A DNA stretch of 64,000 nucleotides, taken from NCBI GenBank assembly GCA_964036045.1, contig OZ038378.1, positions 79,608,001-79,672,000 of the forward strand. The letters run 5' to 3'. Numbering within the stretch: position 1 is the first letter of the stretch; every line of letters starts with the position of its first letter. Under the pieces are notes generated by a model, which did not search any database, had not been told where the DNA came from, and saw nothing but the letters and a program-made list of their open reading frames with translations. The translations under genes and the position numbers were made by a program. Origin of the DNA: Eutreptiella sp. 'Long Island Sound 2002'. Lineage: Eukaryota; Protista; Euglenida. Of this stretch, positions 38,481-52,680 are shown one piece after another.

Positions 38481-40629
38481 ACGTTGGCGAGCTGATCGCG
38501 CAGCCCGTGCCCGCCGGTGGTGGTCCTGCCCAAGAAGCCCGTCCCCCATCCCTGCCGGCAAACCGTGACGGTCCTGTGGGGGTGGGTGACCGTCCGAGGA
38601 ATCCGGGGGCAGGTCTTCACCGCCCGCGGGGCACGGTGGTCGAGACGGATTGAGGGGTGGCGGTACAGCTCACGGCGGAGCCCCTGACCACACATGCTGG
38701 TGGTAGCCGTCCTTCAGTGGAGGGCTGAAAGGCCTCACAACTGGCTGGACCCGATCGATGGGGTTTTCAGGCGTGACCTGCCGATCTTGCGGGCCACCAT
38801 TTGGTCATGGGGAGCGGGACAACATCTCCCGGGTGCACTCCCCTAGCTCCGCGACTGCGGAGACGCCTCTCCTCCGCCGGCCGAGATGCGGAGCGTAATG
38901 GAGGGTTTGTATGCCACCGGAGACAAGCCCGGGCCACGGCACCACAGCCTTGTGGCAGCGGACCATGATTGCTTTTTTGCGGACCGGCATGCCCCGTTTT
39001 CAAAACTGATTGCGCTACCAGTGCTCACGCATGAGTGTTTCCCTCTCTTGCATGGGCCAAAAAACTGTTCATGTACACACATTTGACGACCACCGCCTTC
39101 CCCAACCCCGGAAGTGGCTGCGTTTAAAGGAGGCTATTTTTTTTTGTTTTGGTAGGTCACCGCCCCACCCCCGCCCCCTTGAAAAATGGAATCTGTGGAG
39201 TCCCGGCGGCGCGACTAACCCGTGGCAAGCCAGTGGGGATGAGCGACGCACGGAATCAGGTGGCATGCCTTGGGCATGGACGACAGTCGTTTTTTTTAAA
39301 AATGAAAAAACAGAACAAGAAATTGGTATCACACGGTCTTCTTACTCTTTTGTTTTGTTAGGGATAAGGGATCGAATCATTGTTTTTTTGGAGGAACAAT
39401 TGTGATGGTTGAATATGGTTGCGGTTTTTTCTAACAAAAATAGCATTGTATATCACTTAGCTTCAGTTGGCTGCTTTCCCTTCGTCTTTGTGCTTGCCTT
39501 TGAGCATGTTTTGGTGTGCAAGAATTTCCTTTGCCGAGTATTGTTGTCTACAGTGTGTTGTTCCATATGGCAAATAGCAGGTCCGGATGGATCCACGTTG
39601 TGCGAGCCTAAGTTTGAATACACCGGACCGGGACCTTGCGAGCCCCGTGAACATCAATCAGCATCTACCGGGCCACCTGCGAACGGGCCATGTCGCCCTT
39701 TCAAGCGTCTGAAGCCCTAGACCCGCGTCATTATGCCGCCTTTGGCAGCCGCAAGTAGTTGAAGGTGGGTTTTGTGCGTGTCCTCAGGTCTCTTTTCCCC
39801 GCCATGGCGTGGATTTTCGAGCCAACCCTACCCTCGGTGGAGGGGGCAGGCTGGGGAGATCTCCCTCAGCTGCTGGACTTTGGAGACTGCCCCCCCTCCC
39901 CATGGGATTCAGACGCAGAGTGCACCCTCAGCCAGTCGCAATTCCCGCAGCCCCCCATTCCGACACCCCCTCCCACACCCCCATCACCCCCGTTCCCCCC
40001 ACCACCCCCGCTCACAGCCGCATCACCAATCCCCTTCTTCACACCACATCCCGCTGAAGTGCCAACGAGCCCCCCAAGGAAGATTGTGCCCACCAATTTC
40101 CCGACCCCGCCACTGGCCGCCGTCACCGATCCACTGACCCTCCGCACATAACAGCTCCTCTGCCTACCCTTGGGCGAGCTGAGCAGTAGGTTCGACATGG
40201 GTTGGTCAGGTTACTTGTTCGCCTTGCACCGCCGCGGCCAGGTGCAATCATGGCAACGTGGCGAAAGGGTAAGTCGATCCCACTTCTTCTCGCGTTCGCT
40301 ACAGCGCGCCAGCCTCATAGCTTCGGTGACACCACCCCCCAAAGCCCCGCCCAACCAGCCTTCTGCCCGCTTCCATCAGCTTGCCCCCCTTGCCCTATGG
40401 CCAGACCACGTTGCCTGAGGTGTTGGCCCACAGACAGACCTCCTTGCGCCCTCTTGCGGCTGCCTCGCGCCCCATCCCCCCCCCACACACAACACCCCTC
40501 CGTGCGTCGCACCTTGTTTCCAACGCGGTGCTACGATGGGAACCTCACACTAACGCAGATGCGGCGCAGGGAGTTGCACCCACCAAGGCCCCAACCAGAG
40601 CGTGCCACACAACCGAACGACACATGGCA

Positions 40630-40790
40630 ACTGGCATTGCTCAAAGTTTGTTGCATTTTCGAAGGGTTGGACCACTCAAGACAGTTGGGATGGGGGCATT
40701 GATCAAAGACTATTGAATTTTCGAAGGGTCGGACCACACAAGGCAGTTGGCATCCATCAAAGAGTATTGAATTTTCGAACGGTCGGGAGT
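40630..40790 (+). repeat. Three diverged tandem copies of an about 50-65-bp unit (ttttcgaagggt.ggacc)
   Basis: gcattttcgaagggttggacc / gaattttcgaagggtcggacc / gaattttcgaacggtcggga. Confidence 0.8.
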
Positions 40791-42799
40791 CCACCTAATT
40801 TTGGCGTATGCTGAAAGTGGGTCAACAGCCACACTCTATCTCGATGGTCTATCCCACGCGTTCGCTCAGCGGCATTTGCCGATCCAATTTAGCGATGAGG
40901 CCGGCGAACGCGACTTGCGACCGTGCAAGACATTTGCCACCCTTACCACCACCTGTCCGGAGCACAGTATCAGGGCACTTTCAAACACCTTCAATTGCAA
41001 ATCTCAGTGAGGCAGCCGAACGCAAGAACCAATCCCCGCGGGCTGTGGCAATCATCTTACCAGCACAGCTTTTGCACATTGCCCATGGTTGCCCACACCG
41101 GGCCCATTTGTATGTCCACTTCCATGAATTGGTTGAGCAGTGCATGGCTGGTTTCATGTGAGGCATCCCTTCCCCCTCTAACAGGTGTACCCGTGGCACG
41201 AGCAATGTCGCCCCCCCCTACGCGACCACCTCTGTGGAGCAGCCACCATCACCAAGGAGAGACGGCCCGTCTCCCGCTGGCCGTTGCACCGGCAGCTGGA
41301 GGGCACTGGCGTCCCATGATAGAGCACCCCTCCGAGCTGGCGGCCAGCAGCGGTGATAGGTGACCCATCTCGCACTGGCCCGTGAACCGGTATCACGAGG
41401 GCTCAGGGGCTTTTTGGATAACCACCCTTCCGGGAGAGCGGCCACACGCATGGGGAGGCAACACGTTTGCCCTTGGCCGCAGGCCCCACAGCCAAAGCAC
41501 TTGCCCCCCCAAAAGAACCCTAGGCTATGTGGCGTGTGCACTGGCAAGAAATATCGCAAAGCGCACAAAGACAATGGGCTCGTTAGTGGTCTATAAGACC
41601 ATACGAACCTTTCTGTCACAGGACATGAGACCTGAAGATGCCTATGGGTGGGCCACTGAGATGCAAAGCAGTGGGTGTGCAGCAGTACACCAGTGGCCGA
41701 CACTAAGCTTTACCCATTGGACTTGCAAATTTGACCTAGATTCTGAGTTCATAAGTCAGCAAAAGGAGATGGGGCCTTCCCCCGAGGGCTTAGCCCCACC
41801 GGAAGTCGTGCCGAGGGGTTTAAAAGTGGCGTTAGCACTAATAAAATAGGAAAATCATAGCACCAATTAGCACAGCGCGCGTTGCAGGGTCCTACATGTG
41901 GCATGTGCCGTGATGCGTATGCACTCTCGGACCATATAGCGTGGCTTTGGAGCAAGCCATGCAAGTGGAAAAACCTTGCCTTCGGGCTGGAAGGCAATTT
42001 ATAAGTAATATGCTCGCTCCATGTAAGTGTCTAGTCCACGTCCTATGGTGTGCGGGCCACAATGCGAGGCACTGCGGAGTGTAACGCGCGCAAGGCTGTG
42101 TGTCGGGAATATCCAGAGAGTACTGCAACTTGTGCACAGGACGTGATGCTTACGAAGCACGATGCCCATGTATGCAAGAAGGGCTGTACATTTAGAACCG
42201 TGGTGACCAACATATTGGAGACATGTTTGTGGGCCTGCGCTGGCGGTGACTACAGGTTCACCGTGTACTTCAGCCGCTAAGTGGCTGCTGGACCCAAAAG
42301 ATGGGCATAGACCAGGGGGGATAGTCGTTCCCGAGGTGTACCGTGAAACCCATGGCGGTCAAAGAGGGGCAAGGGGCATGTGCGCTGACATACCCGCTGA
42401 TCTTCTGTCACATAGTCACATACAACTGGTAAGTTCCATACCTCAGACCCAATGTCACACAAGGATTGCATTTTATGTGTCCGGGATGGTCCGCGGGCCC
42501 CGACGAAGATGTTGCCCCGATCCCCCCCCCCTCCACTCGCCCCCTCCGTGCCGCCCCCGGCTACAACGTTGCACCAACACGGTGCGAGTCATAGAGCACA
42601 GACCCCTCAGGTCGGCCGCCGAAGGGCCCCCCGTGAGGGTGGAGGGGTCAATTGATGTCTTGGGCGCTGCATGCCTGATGAATAGGGAGGGCACGGCTGC
42701 ACCCGCGACACCTGCCCCAAGCTTACCCTGTTTGTTCTGCCCGCAGACACAGCATGTTCCCCGCTTGACCTCCGAACCCTGACCTACTACGCCCAGCCG

Positions 42800-45700
42800 T
42801 GCCAGTGGGCTGCTATTACCACAATCGGTGGATGCCTCAGGCTACCCGGGGGCAACTCACCGGTACGCCCACACCCCCTATTCCCCGCTCTAGCCCTTGA
42901 AGGAGACCCCCGTCGCGCCGGCGAACCCCGCGTACTGTGCCGGTAAGCTGTAGTACGCCCCCCCCCCCCCACAACCCCCTCATGCTCCCCCGAACCCGTA
43001 GCCGGATATGCTGGATGTGGCGGCAGGAAACATGTGTTGCCAAGGCCGGCCGTACCCGAAGGCGGCGGAGGATGCACATTTCTCAAAGCGGAGGGTCCAC
43101 ATGCCCCCAAGTTGTGGAGGCCCTAGTGTTCCCAAATCGTCAGAGGCCCTTGCCCAAAAGGGCCTCAGGCCCGTCTGTCCCCAAAGCAACGGAGGCCCCG
43201 GAGTCCTAAAAGCTACGGACACCACTAGCAGCCTCTACAACCCCGAGGCTCCTCTGCTTTGAAGCACCGGCCTCCAACGCTGTAGGAACTCTACGGCGTC
43301 CGTCGCTTTGGGGTGGGGGCTCTACCACTTTGCAAAGTGCCACGGCCTCCGTGTCTTTGGCGTAGGGGACTGCGGTGCTTTTGGTACCTTGAAGCCTGCA
43401 CCATTTTGAGACGTTGGCCTCCGCCGCGTTGGAACCCCCGGGGCGTCCAGCACTCATCATTGGGGCCTCCGCCATTCGAGGGCGGGGGCATCAACTGCTT
43501 TGGGGCAGGGCCTCCGCCACTTGGGCAACGGCGCGGCCTCCGCTGCTTTGGGGTAGGGGCCTCCACCGCCTTGGGGCCAGGGCGTGCTGTGTTTCGGAAA
43601 CCCCGGGGCCCTCGCGACTTTTGGGCGACCCCCCAGACAGCCCAAGCGCCATGAGTGTGCTGCTACAAGTGCTGACGAGGAAGCCCGTGCTGCCCGCCGG
43701 CATTTGCCCCGGCTAGATACACACACAGAACCGCGCCGTTGTACCACACCCAGGGACGTGGGCAAAAGGCGCCCCAACGGCGGCGGAAGGAGATCCCCCC
43801 TTGCCCAGCAGAGGTGGGCAACAATGGCAACAACGAACCCCATATGGGCCAAGGGACGATTTAAGGCGTCGCCGCTACCACCGGGCCCCGGAAGGGCGTG
43901 AGTGCCAATCTCCAATCCAAGGGACAACCCCCCCCCCCCTCTAGCAGCTTCCCGCTATCTGGGGGAGGCAACACCCCCGACAACCAACAGGATTCGGAGG
44001 ACTACCCCAACCCACCGCCAGGCCGAAGGCCAAACCCACAGCCAAACCACAACCCCAACCCGTCGCCAAGCCGGACCCCCGGCCCAAGCCCCCCGCGGAC
44101 GTCTCCTATGACCTCCAACCGCAAACACAATCCCAACGGGCCCGGCAACAAAAACGGTCGGCGCGACCCCCCCCCCCTGTGTCATCGACACTGCGGCCGC
44201 CACCATCATGGCTGAGCGAGCCACGGCAGAAGCACGACGCGCCATGTCCCCACAGCGCCGGGAAGCCCGCGCCCCGTGCCCACAAACCGCCACCCCAGCC
44301 CAGGCCAAGGCAGTACCAGTGGCAAACAGCAGTCCCCCCACCCCCATACCAGCCCCCCATGTCTGCCCACATCCAACAGATATCCTACCACCGCCGCAGC
44401 CGCAAACCTCGTCCCTACACCGACACGGAGTCCGCGTTGTCCTCAGGCCCCCCGCCGGCCGCCAGACCCGAGGCCCTGGTGGCCGCGGGATGCAGGCCCC
44501 AGGCTCCAGCGGCACACCCCTAGCCGAAATCTAGTGCGGCGCCTATGGTTCGACGCCTAAGGCTCTGGGAGGCAGCCGGGGTAGGACCCCTGGACAGACC
44601 CGAACCTCCCAATGACCTACCAACAGCCGGAGAACCCCAGACCGGAGGCCCAAGCGGCCCCAACAACGAGGCGGGGCGTAGGGCGAACCAACGAGCGCCT
44701 ACGAGGAGGCAACCCCAAGGCGAAAATGTGCCCCGTGATGAAGACCCACAACAACCCCAACCTAGTGGCCCTCGACCGCCGTGGACCGACGTGGCCACCA
44801 AGCCAGCACGATGCCCAATTGTGGACCCCCCCAAAAGCAAGATGTGGGAGGGGCCCTGCAAACCACCCCCGGCCGCACGGCGCGGGTAACAAACCCGAAG
44901 ACCGGCAACCACACAGCGCCATCATCACCCCGGTCGGAGGCATGTACTGCCTTGCACAGCCGGCAATTGCCGTGGGGTGGACTGGTCAAAACCCCGCCGT
45001 CCGCTTCTTGTGTTTGGACGGGGCAATGGAGGTGGCAGAGGTCGACTTGGGGGGTGAATCACATGGGTATCTCACTTTCTAGTCCCATGCACATGCGGTG
45101 GTTGGGTGTACAATTGTCAATGCGTCCCTTGGAACGGCACCACCGCCATGAACGATAGCATCTTGCTGAAGTGAAATGTGTCCACTTGGAGGCGGACCGC
45201 CCGGCTGTGGTGTACGGCCGCTGGGGGGGCAAAGGAGGTAGGAGGCTGTTGAGCCCCAACCCCAGCACCGAGCAGACACCATCCTCACGATGGACACAAT
45301 ACGCCGCCTTATAGCGGAAGTCATCGCAGGCGGCAACGCGCGGCAAAAACGGAGCAGCAGCCCGTGGCCTCTGAGCGGGTAGCCCCGACCGGCGCATCCC
45401 CGCCGCAAATGCCTGCTGAACCCGAGGTCACGGTACACGACCGAACGGCGCCTAGAGCCGTGGTTGTCCATCAGCCAGCGCCGGTAGAGACTATGAGGCA
45501 CCAGCGACTGGCTAGAGTCCCGTGGACGACTATGCTGCATTGCCCCCACCTACAAACTCGGCCCGTCCGGTGCACCCTAATAACCACACGAAGCCCCTGC
45601 TCCACGGGGCCTGGGCGTTGGCGAATTGCCTGCTCCGCGACTATTATTTCAAGGCCGCCGCAAGGAGACCGGCCGGCCCCACTAACGCACCAAGGCCTGC

Positions 45701-46900
45701 GACGGCTGGGGTTGCGCCAAGAGGCGACCGCGGCAGCGCTGCACTGCCGTTACGCCCGAAGGCACAAAAGGGCTGCAACTTTGTCCAAGGACAAACCCCT
45801 CACCAACTTGGCCCCACAGCCGGCGCCCCGACTAGTGCTTTAAATGTGCCCTAAGTAGGGCCAATGTTCTACCCATCAACCCCGTTGGGGCAATCCGAGA
45901 GCCTCAAGGAGACCGACCCCTAAGAGTACGTAGTGCAGCCTACGCATGAGGACGCCGTGCGTACCATGTCGGCCGAAGCCTTGCCTAGGAGTGGCTAGCA
46001 CTCGAACGCCCCAGCTCCGCTACCCCCGCAGATTGCCGTGGGGAGTGACCCGGCCTGAGGGCCTCCCCATATAAGCGTGGATGCCTCCCAAGGCATGGCC
46101 ATCCAGCAGGTGGGCCTAGCGGGGAATCACACTGACAACTTGGGCCTCTTAGATGCCTCTTCAACGGCGAACGTCTCGGACGACGGCCTTGAGCTTGGCG
46201 CCGAGACCGAGCCACGTGAGCCCCCTTGCGCGCGCCCCGTACCATCTGACAACCCATGTGTGCCTCGCCTTGCGGCCCTCATAGCGAATACTGCATTGGA
46301 GAAGGTAAACCCCGGTAGGCGCATGGATGTTGCTGTTTTCCTAGGCGTTTTCCCTAGGCAGCGAACGTTTGTTGGCGGTGCATGGGGGTGCTGCATGTGA
46401 GCGGCACGCCATGATGCCACCCCCATACCTGGCCTTTACTCCCCTAAGAGTATCAGTCTCACCCCTCGTGGGCCCCCAAGGAGGGACGCCGCCACTCTTT
46501 GCGTAGCCACACTTTGTTGTTGCCCCCCGTCCCCCGCTATCAAAACCCCCCCCGCAGCCCCCTAGCCCTACACCCCTTGGCGTCGCCGCCCTTCAGGCCG
46601 GCGACATAACCCCCATAGGGTGCTGCCCCCACGGTACGTGGTAAATAGACCGGGGAAACCCCACAACACGTCACGAGGTACACCGAAAATGACCGGCGCC
46701 CACAGGTGAGGGCACCCAGGGCAGCACCCACACCCCTTGGCATCCCCCCAAATGCGCAGCGAATATCCGCCCGAGGCCACCCCTCACAAGCAGCAACCAA
46801 CGGCACAAGAGGGCAACCAATCTCCCCGTGGCTGGTGAACCCGCGTCGGGAGGGCTACGCCTTCTCCTTTGCAACGGTCCCTTCCAGGCACTAGCCACCG
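42800..46900 (+). mobile_element. Heavily decayed GC-rich, ORF1/gag-like retroelement region with an internal degenerate repeat
   Basis: Pro/Arg-rich frames; recurring ggcctccgcc..ttgggg unit at 43250-43580 (GASTALG-like peptides); no enzyme motifs seen. Confidence 0.3.
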
Positions 46901-46924
46901 ACACGGACAGGTAGCCCCTTGCGT

Positions 46925-48060
46925 TAGACGGGAGAAACTCGAGCCCCACGGGGTGCCTTGCGGGATCGGGTGTCATTTTCACCCGGGGGTTGGGGGGGTC
47001 TCATGTGCTTCTATGGAAAAAAAATTAAAATGGTCCTCGGGTTTAATTTTTGATTTTCATTTTTCGCTTAATATTTGAAACATTAAAAATCAATGCGTCG
47101 CCGACGTTAATACAGTCTCGTGGAAATGAACTTTTTTCTGCAAAAATTAACCCTTCCTAAAAATCCCTATAAATGCATAACAAGAAAAGAAATATCCTTG
47201 CACCAAATTTTTGTACTCATATTTGTTTCCCTTGGCCAGTTTGCTGCCCACCCCCCCCCCCTTGTTCTTGTGCTTAGGGTTTGGGAGGGTATGCCCCATT
47301 CTTTATGTAGAATTTTTTAGGATGATGGAAAAGAAGGTTTACGATGGGACCGAGGAAAAATTTGTAGGTATGTATGTGCGTGTGTGTGTTTGTGTGTTCA
47401 TTCCTTGCGTGTGGGTTGTAGTTGGCACATTGCCCCAAAGCAGATATAGGGTTAGGGCTATCCCCACCCTCTCACATTGTGGCGTGTAGGATTGTGATGT
47501 TTGGGGTTGTGGTGTCTCGGGATGTGTTGGTGGGGGGGGCTGTGGTGTGTGGGTGTGTGGTTTGCTGGGCTATGTTGTGGGGGTGGGTGGGTATCAGGCT
47601 TGTGGTCTATGGGGGTGTGGTTTCTAGTGTTGTGGTGTGTGGCGCTGTGGGGGGGGAGGGGTTCTCTAGAGCTCTGGTATGTTGGGGTTTGCTCTTAGGC
47701 GCTATGGTCTGTGGAGGGCTGGTTTCCAGGGCTGTGGTATGCGGGTGTGTGGTGTTGGCTGCTGCGGTGTGTAGGGCTATGGTGTGTGGGCTGTGGTATG
47801 CGAGGTTGTGGTTTTTGGTGCTGCAGTGTTGCACTGTAGGGTTGTGGGTCAAAACACCTCCCATACCCCCCCCCCACTCAGGACCCCACCCCAGACTTGG
47901 ACAACCGCTTCAAGTGTGGCCGAGCGTGTGTTCTGGTCACATTAATTTTTGAAGGGGTCCAATTAATATCTGTAGGTAAATATTACATGTTAAGTTTAAG
48001 ATTTGCAACGGCGGCCTAAAAATTAAATGTTAACATGGAGATATTCAACCAAGTAGTGGA
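46925..48060 (+). repeat. Left arm of an about 1.1-kb imperfect inverted repeat
   Basis: TAGACGGGAGAAA...ccccacggggtgccttgcgggatcgggtgtcattttcaccc is the reverse complement of 58795-58858; similarity continues through the AT node and the tttgggagggta.gcccc / ttgccccaaagc blocks. Confidence 0.8.
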
Positions 48061-48299
48061 AAAGTTAACCTACAAGAATGGGGGCAGTGTGGAGGTTTGG
48101 TGCGTGTTCTGTCTTGTCGGGGTGTCTGAGGTATCATGCTGGGGTGTGTGGGGTTTTGGGGGGTGGGTATATGGTATGTTGGGCTGTGGTGTATGGAGTT
48201 GCGGTGTAAAGGGTTGTGGTGTAGGCAGCTGTGGTTTTTGGGGCAATGGGTAGTGTGTTGGGATGCAGGGTGTTGGGCCCTAGGGTGGGGGCTTTGGCG

Positions 48300-50500
48300 C
48301 GCCGGTTTGTGATGGTTCGGGCTGTTGGGGCCGGGATTGTGTGATGTGGTGCTGTGGTTAGGGGGTCACACCAAACAGCCTCCACGGCCCCACCCCCCAC
48401 AGCACCACCTCACACAGCCGCAAGCACCACAACCTCGCACGCCACAACCCCACGCCCTGCAGCCCCACGCCCTGGAGCCCAACACACCACGGCCGAACTC
48501 CCACAGAACCACACCCCGCACACCCCACACACCACACACCACACGCCACACACCCCGCAAACCACACAGCACAGCCGCCCATACCACAGGGACTGCGGGA
48601 TGTTGCGCTAGTGGTGTGGGGCTGTTGTGTGTGGCCCTGTGGGGCCTTGCCGTGTGGGGTTGTGGTGCCTGGGGCAGTGAGGTGTGGACCTATGGGGTTT
48701 TGGTTTGTGGTGTGCAGTGGTTTGGCCACCTCTGCACGTGTCACATTCAAAACAAAACACCACAGCTGACAAATTAATTTTTGGGACCGTGGAATTAATA
48801 TTTGCAAGTTAATACTTTGGGACCAAATATTCATTAATATATTGAACATTAATCGTCGCTTGCGTTAACATCAACCTACAGATGTTAATATGACCCATTC
48901 AAATATTAACTTTAAACAAAAAGCATAATACATAGTGACACGCCCCAAGTGGGCGTGCACACTCTTGGTGCCTCACCATCTGGGAGCCTGGGAGAGGGGG
49001 GGATTTCCGGGCTTTTGGGGGCTCGCCGGGGGGCGGGGGGTGCACGGGTTGTGGACACCACATACACCAATCTGCTGACCAAGTTTGATCTCTCGGTGGC
49101 GGAGGGGTTGCCGGGGGGGTGGGGGGGTTATCGAGGGTTTTTCACCCACAGCCCTGACAACCACACTGCCACACAACCCAGCCCTAGAAACCACACACGC
49201 AAGACCAAGCCCCCCCCCCCCCCCACACCCGCACATCCCACAGCCCCAAGCGTCACCCCCTCACACATACCTACACCCTTGTCCGCTCTTTTCCATCATG
49301 AATCTTCATGTCCACCATCCTAAAAGAACTTGCAAAGAATCTGGAAAAGGAAAAGTGCATACCTCGTGAACCTTAACGGGTAGAGTAAGGAGAGGATAAA
49401 GGAAGGAGGAAAAAGGAATGTATGTGCGAGGCGATGGGTGTGTGGGGTTGCCAATATGATTACTTGTGCGTGTGTGTGTGCGTATGCGTTTCTTGGAAGG
49501 GCGCACCAAGAAAAGGTGCATAGATGCTATATATTTCATATTTAGAGCGCACTTTGGGCGCCACCAATGAGGCAGCACACGAGGGGTAATCCACGATGAC
49601 CAACTGATCACGCGCACATGGTTGCTTGGTAAAATTTCTTGCAGCCATGAATAGGCTGCAATATACGTGGAAAAACAAAGTTTTTTTTTTGCATTTTTTT
49701 TCGAGGTTAATTTTAGATTAATTTTTCACCTCTGATTAATATTTGCCATTTGTTAAATGTTCATTTCGAGAAACTGACGCAAAAACGGAAGCCAAAGAAA
49801 AACGGCCGTATACCAAGGGGTTTCGGGACCATATTATCGCTAGCGCGGCCATGTCCTTATCCCCTCATGCGGCCATGCCAATCGCCCATAGGTAGGCAGG
49901 TGGTGGGCCCCGTGCGCCGTGGTTGACGATCCCAATAGAAAGTTGGGTCCAACTTCCACCGGCACACGGGTAGGCATCCCCACGGAGGAGGAAATTGAGC
50001 CACCGCGTCCATTCGATTGTGTCCACAAGGGGTGGACGCGATTAGATGTAGCGGGCCCACGATTGCAACGGCCAAGAGCGGCCGCTTGTGGGGGGATCCG
50101 CCACGGACACAGGTCGATCTAGCGCAAGCGGCTTGACCAACTCCTTTCATGTGTGCATGAAGCGGTCACGTGAAGGGATGGGGCGGGGGAATGGGAGGCC
50201 CGTTGCGGCAGTGTACGTGGCCCCCCGGCGGGTCATGAACTCCGACACATGCCGGAAGCCGCCCTTGGGGACATTCAAGTCCACAAGTTACCCGATCAAT
50301 TCGGGTGCGGGGAAGAGGACGGGGGCCTCTATTTGTTTATTGCGGATGACAGGGAGTTGGGCAACCTCGCTGGCCTCGTACCACCGGGCCTTGGGCAAAG
50401 GGGATGAAGCCACCCACTCACCAAGGAGTTGGGAGACCAAAGGGTCCCGCAAACTCTCGGCCCCACGCAACAGTTTCGCACCATCACGAAACAGTGAGGA
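48300..50500 (+). repeat. About 2.2-kb module repeated directly at about 59950-62400
   Basis: Same order in both: GT array, AT node (attaatcgtcgc...caaatattaact), AC array, gccaatat.att block, ttttcgaggttaat node, then a transposase-like exon. Confidence 0.8.
49814..50470 (-). pseudogene. Unknown transposase-like exon (RGDAYP family), copy 1
   Basis: PLVSQLLGEWVASSPL...VPKGGFRHV...LPFPRPIP...SGRSWPLQSWARYI...NFLLRGDAYPCAGGSWTQLSIG...IIWSRNPL|GTATAC; several stops. Confidence 0.55.
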
Positions 50501-51989
50501 GGCCCGCCGATTTCATTTTTTTTTTTAAGGTATCCTTCCCCCAAGACCGCCCACCAACGGACTTCCCTCGCGATTCCTTGTACGCACACTGGGGGTTTCT
50601 CTCCAAACACGTTGACACTCAGGAAGTATGGTCTCAAACGGTTGTTAGCTTCCTTGTCATTAAGGAAATGCAATCCCCCACTCAGAATGCAGCAGCGGAT
50701 GATAAGGTCGGTGAAGCCTTGCAATAGAACCACCAAAAGGGCAACGCCGGATCCACCAAATCCACCGAAAATTTTGGGGGCGTCCCGGTTCCCAGCATTT
50801 ATTGGTTTGCACTCTAAGTAAGCTGGTCAGCGAAAGCTAAGACAGCTTACCCCATGAGTCGAACCCAATTGGCTGCCCTACTCAAAGACGTTTTCGGGCA
50901 AAATCAGGTGTGCTTCATCACGGACGACCAACTCAAAGGGCAAGAACCTGGCTCAAAATTGGGGTGCACGGTTATTGGTGCCAAACCTACGGCGGAAAAG
51001 CATGTAGGGTTGTGGCACTTTGGATGACAATGCTTTCCTCCTCCCCATGCAAAGGGCCGACAGCCAACCGTGGAGGCCATGGACAAAGCGTGCGGAACGG
51101 GCAGCTAAAAGGCAACGGACCCAAGAATCCCCCTCCCCCACATACGCTTCGACCCTTGAACCTCTGTATCCCCCTCCTACATACACCTATCCTGGAGCCC
51201 CGGCGGCGTACCGCTATTACTATGCCTCCAACCAGCCAACGACCACCGCCTATCCGATGCCCCCAGCCCGTCCCCCGACCACTTGTCCCAGCAGGTCATG
51301 TCTGCCTCCCCCTATTGGGCCACCCCCATGGAACCCAAGAAACGGTCAGTAAATCCCCCCTCCCCTCCCATCCCCACATCTTGTTATCGCTGATGATGAG
51401 CCCATTGGTGAGTCTGCATATCTGCTTGGCTCTATTTGTGACTCTCTTTTTGCTGCTGTCACCTCGCAAATGAGCGCCAAGCAGTGGGGACGGATATTTG
51501 ATCTGAAGGGGCACCCCTCCGGTTATAACGATGTACCAGCCCCCATCGCGTCCCTACCCTTTCTTGCGCCAAAAAGTTGTCACTTGGTAGCGTTTTCGGG
51601 CGCATACACACCCCTTAAGCGTTTGGTGGATGTTACTGCACACATGGTTTTCATACGGTTGCGTGGGTCGCACGAGCTTTTTGTCTCCCAAGCTGTTGAC
51701 GTACAATGCTACCTTGCCTCTACGGGTGGTGATAGCAGGGAGATTCTGCAAGCTCTTTTCACCCGAGCATCCCTCAGATTTCAGGAAGGTACCAGACGTT
51801 CTTTTGCGGTTTTGATTTCTATTCTTCACCCTAGTTTCGTTATCCGGGCTTTGAGGCGTTTGGCGCTAGGCACCCGACCTAGGCGCGTTCTCCAGTCCAT
51901 CCACCTCATTCGCCCACGACACATAAGCTACACTTGCAACTTTGACACATCACTGCCCAACCTTCAGGCCATGCCTACTGCCTTCGACA

Positions 51990-52680
51990 GTTCCTTAGTC
52001 ATGAAACTTTCCGCGCTCAACGTTCAGCATACGGTCACGAATTAGGTAGCACCGCGTATACACTTCATCAAATTCCACGAGTTTTTGGAGGTTCGGAGCC
52101 TTCAGGCCATCGGCACCACCAGCTCCAAGTTTCGATTTCATCTCTCTATGAGCCCCTCTTCTATGTCGGCGTTCGAAAGTGTTTGCGTGTCGCTATTCTC
52201 ATCCGCAGGGTGGCTAGGTTTTCCTATATCGAGCCGGAAATCCGTTCAGATGGCCGTAATGTAGTAATGTGGTTCTCCATGTATACTTGGTTCTTCCTAC
52301 TAATGAGTGTGTGTTTACATGCATCTCGACAGTAGGAAGACTATGACCCGTTGCTTTCTTGGGCTTAGGCCATTATCATCTCGTCCCCGGGGACATGGTG
52401 TATTGTTTTGGGGGATCGTAATCGTTATCCGGGCTGGGTTGCGGGATTTACCCGGGCGCCGGCAGATATATTTGAGCTGTTTGATGAGTTTATCGTGGAT
52501 GCATCACGCACACGGGCTGAGTTCGCCAACATATCCCCCACTTGGGCGCTTCCCAGGAGTGGAGTATTGTGGTTGATTACATTTTGTTGCGCTGCCCCGT
52601 TTCTCCGCCCGCAGCCCTCATACACTATTCCTTTCCCTTCCCCTCTGATCTTCTCCTCGTCTCCCTTTCTCCACCATTCT
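51990..52680 (+). pseudogene. Apurinic-like (APE) endonuclease domain
   Basis: MKLSALNVQH, SLQAIGTT, CIVLGDRN, SIVVDYILL...PSDLLLV correspond to the APE N(V), QE, GDxN, DY and SDH motifs; frameshifted. Confidence 0.7.

Noticed and set aside
40630-40790. Repeat-spacer look reminiscent of CRISPR
   Set aside because: Only three degenerate units, the intervening sequences resemble each other, eukaryotic context and no cas genes.
47422-48849. Long Val/Cys/Gly-rich and His/Thr/Pro-rich ORFs (also 57742-58717 and 59791-61416)
   Set aside because: Translations of GT/AC simple-repeat arrays that are open in several frames; not genes.
49690-49705. ttttttttcg resembling the end of a euglenid spliced leader
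   Set aside because: The rest of the leader and the SL RNA structure are absent; the motif recurs as part of the AT node at about 61600.
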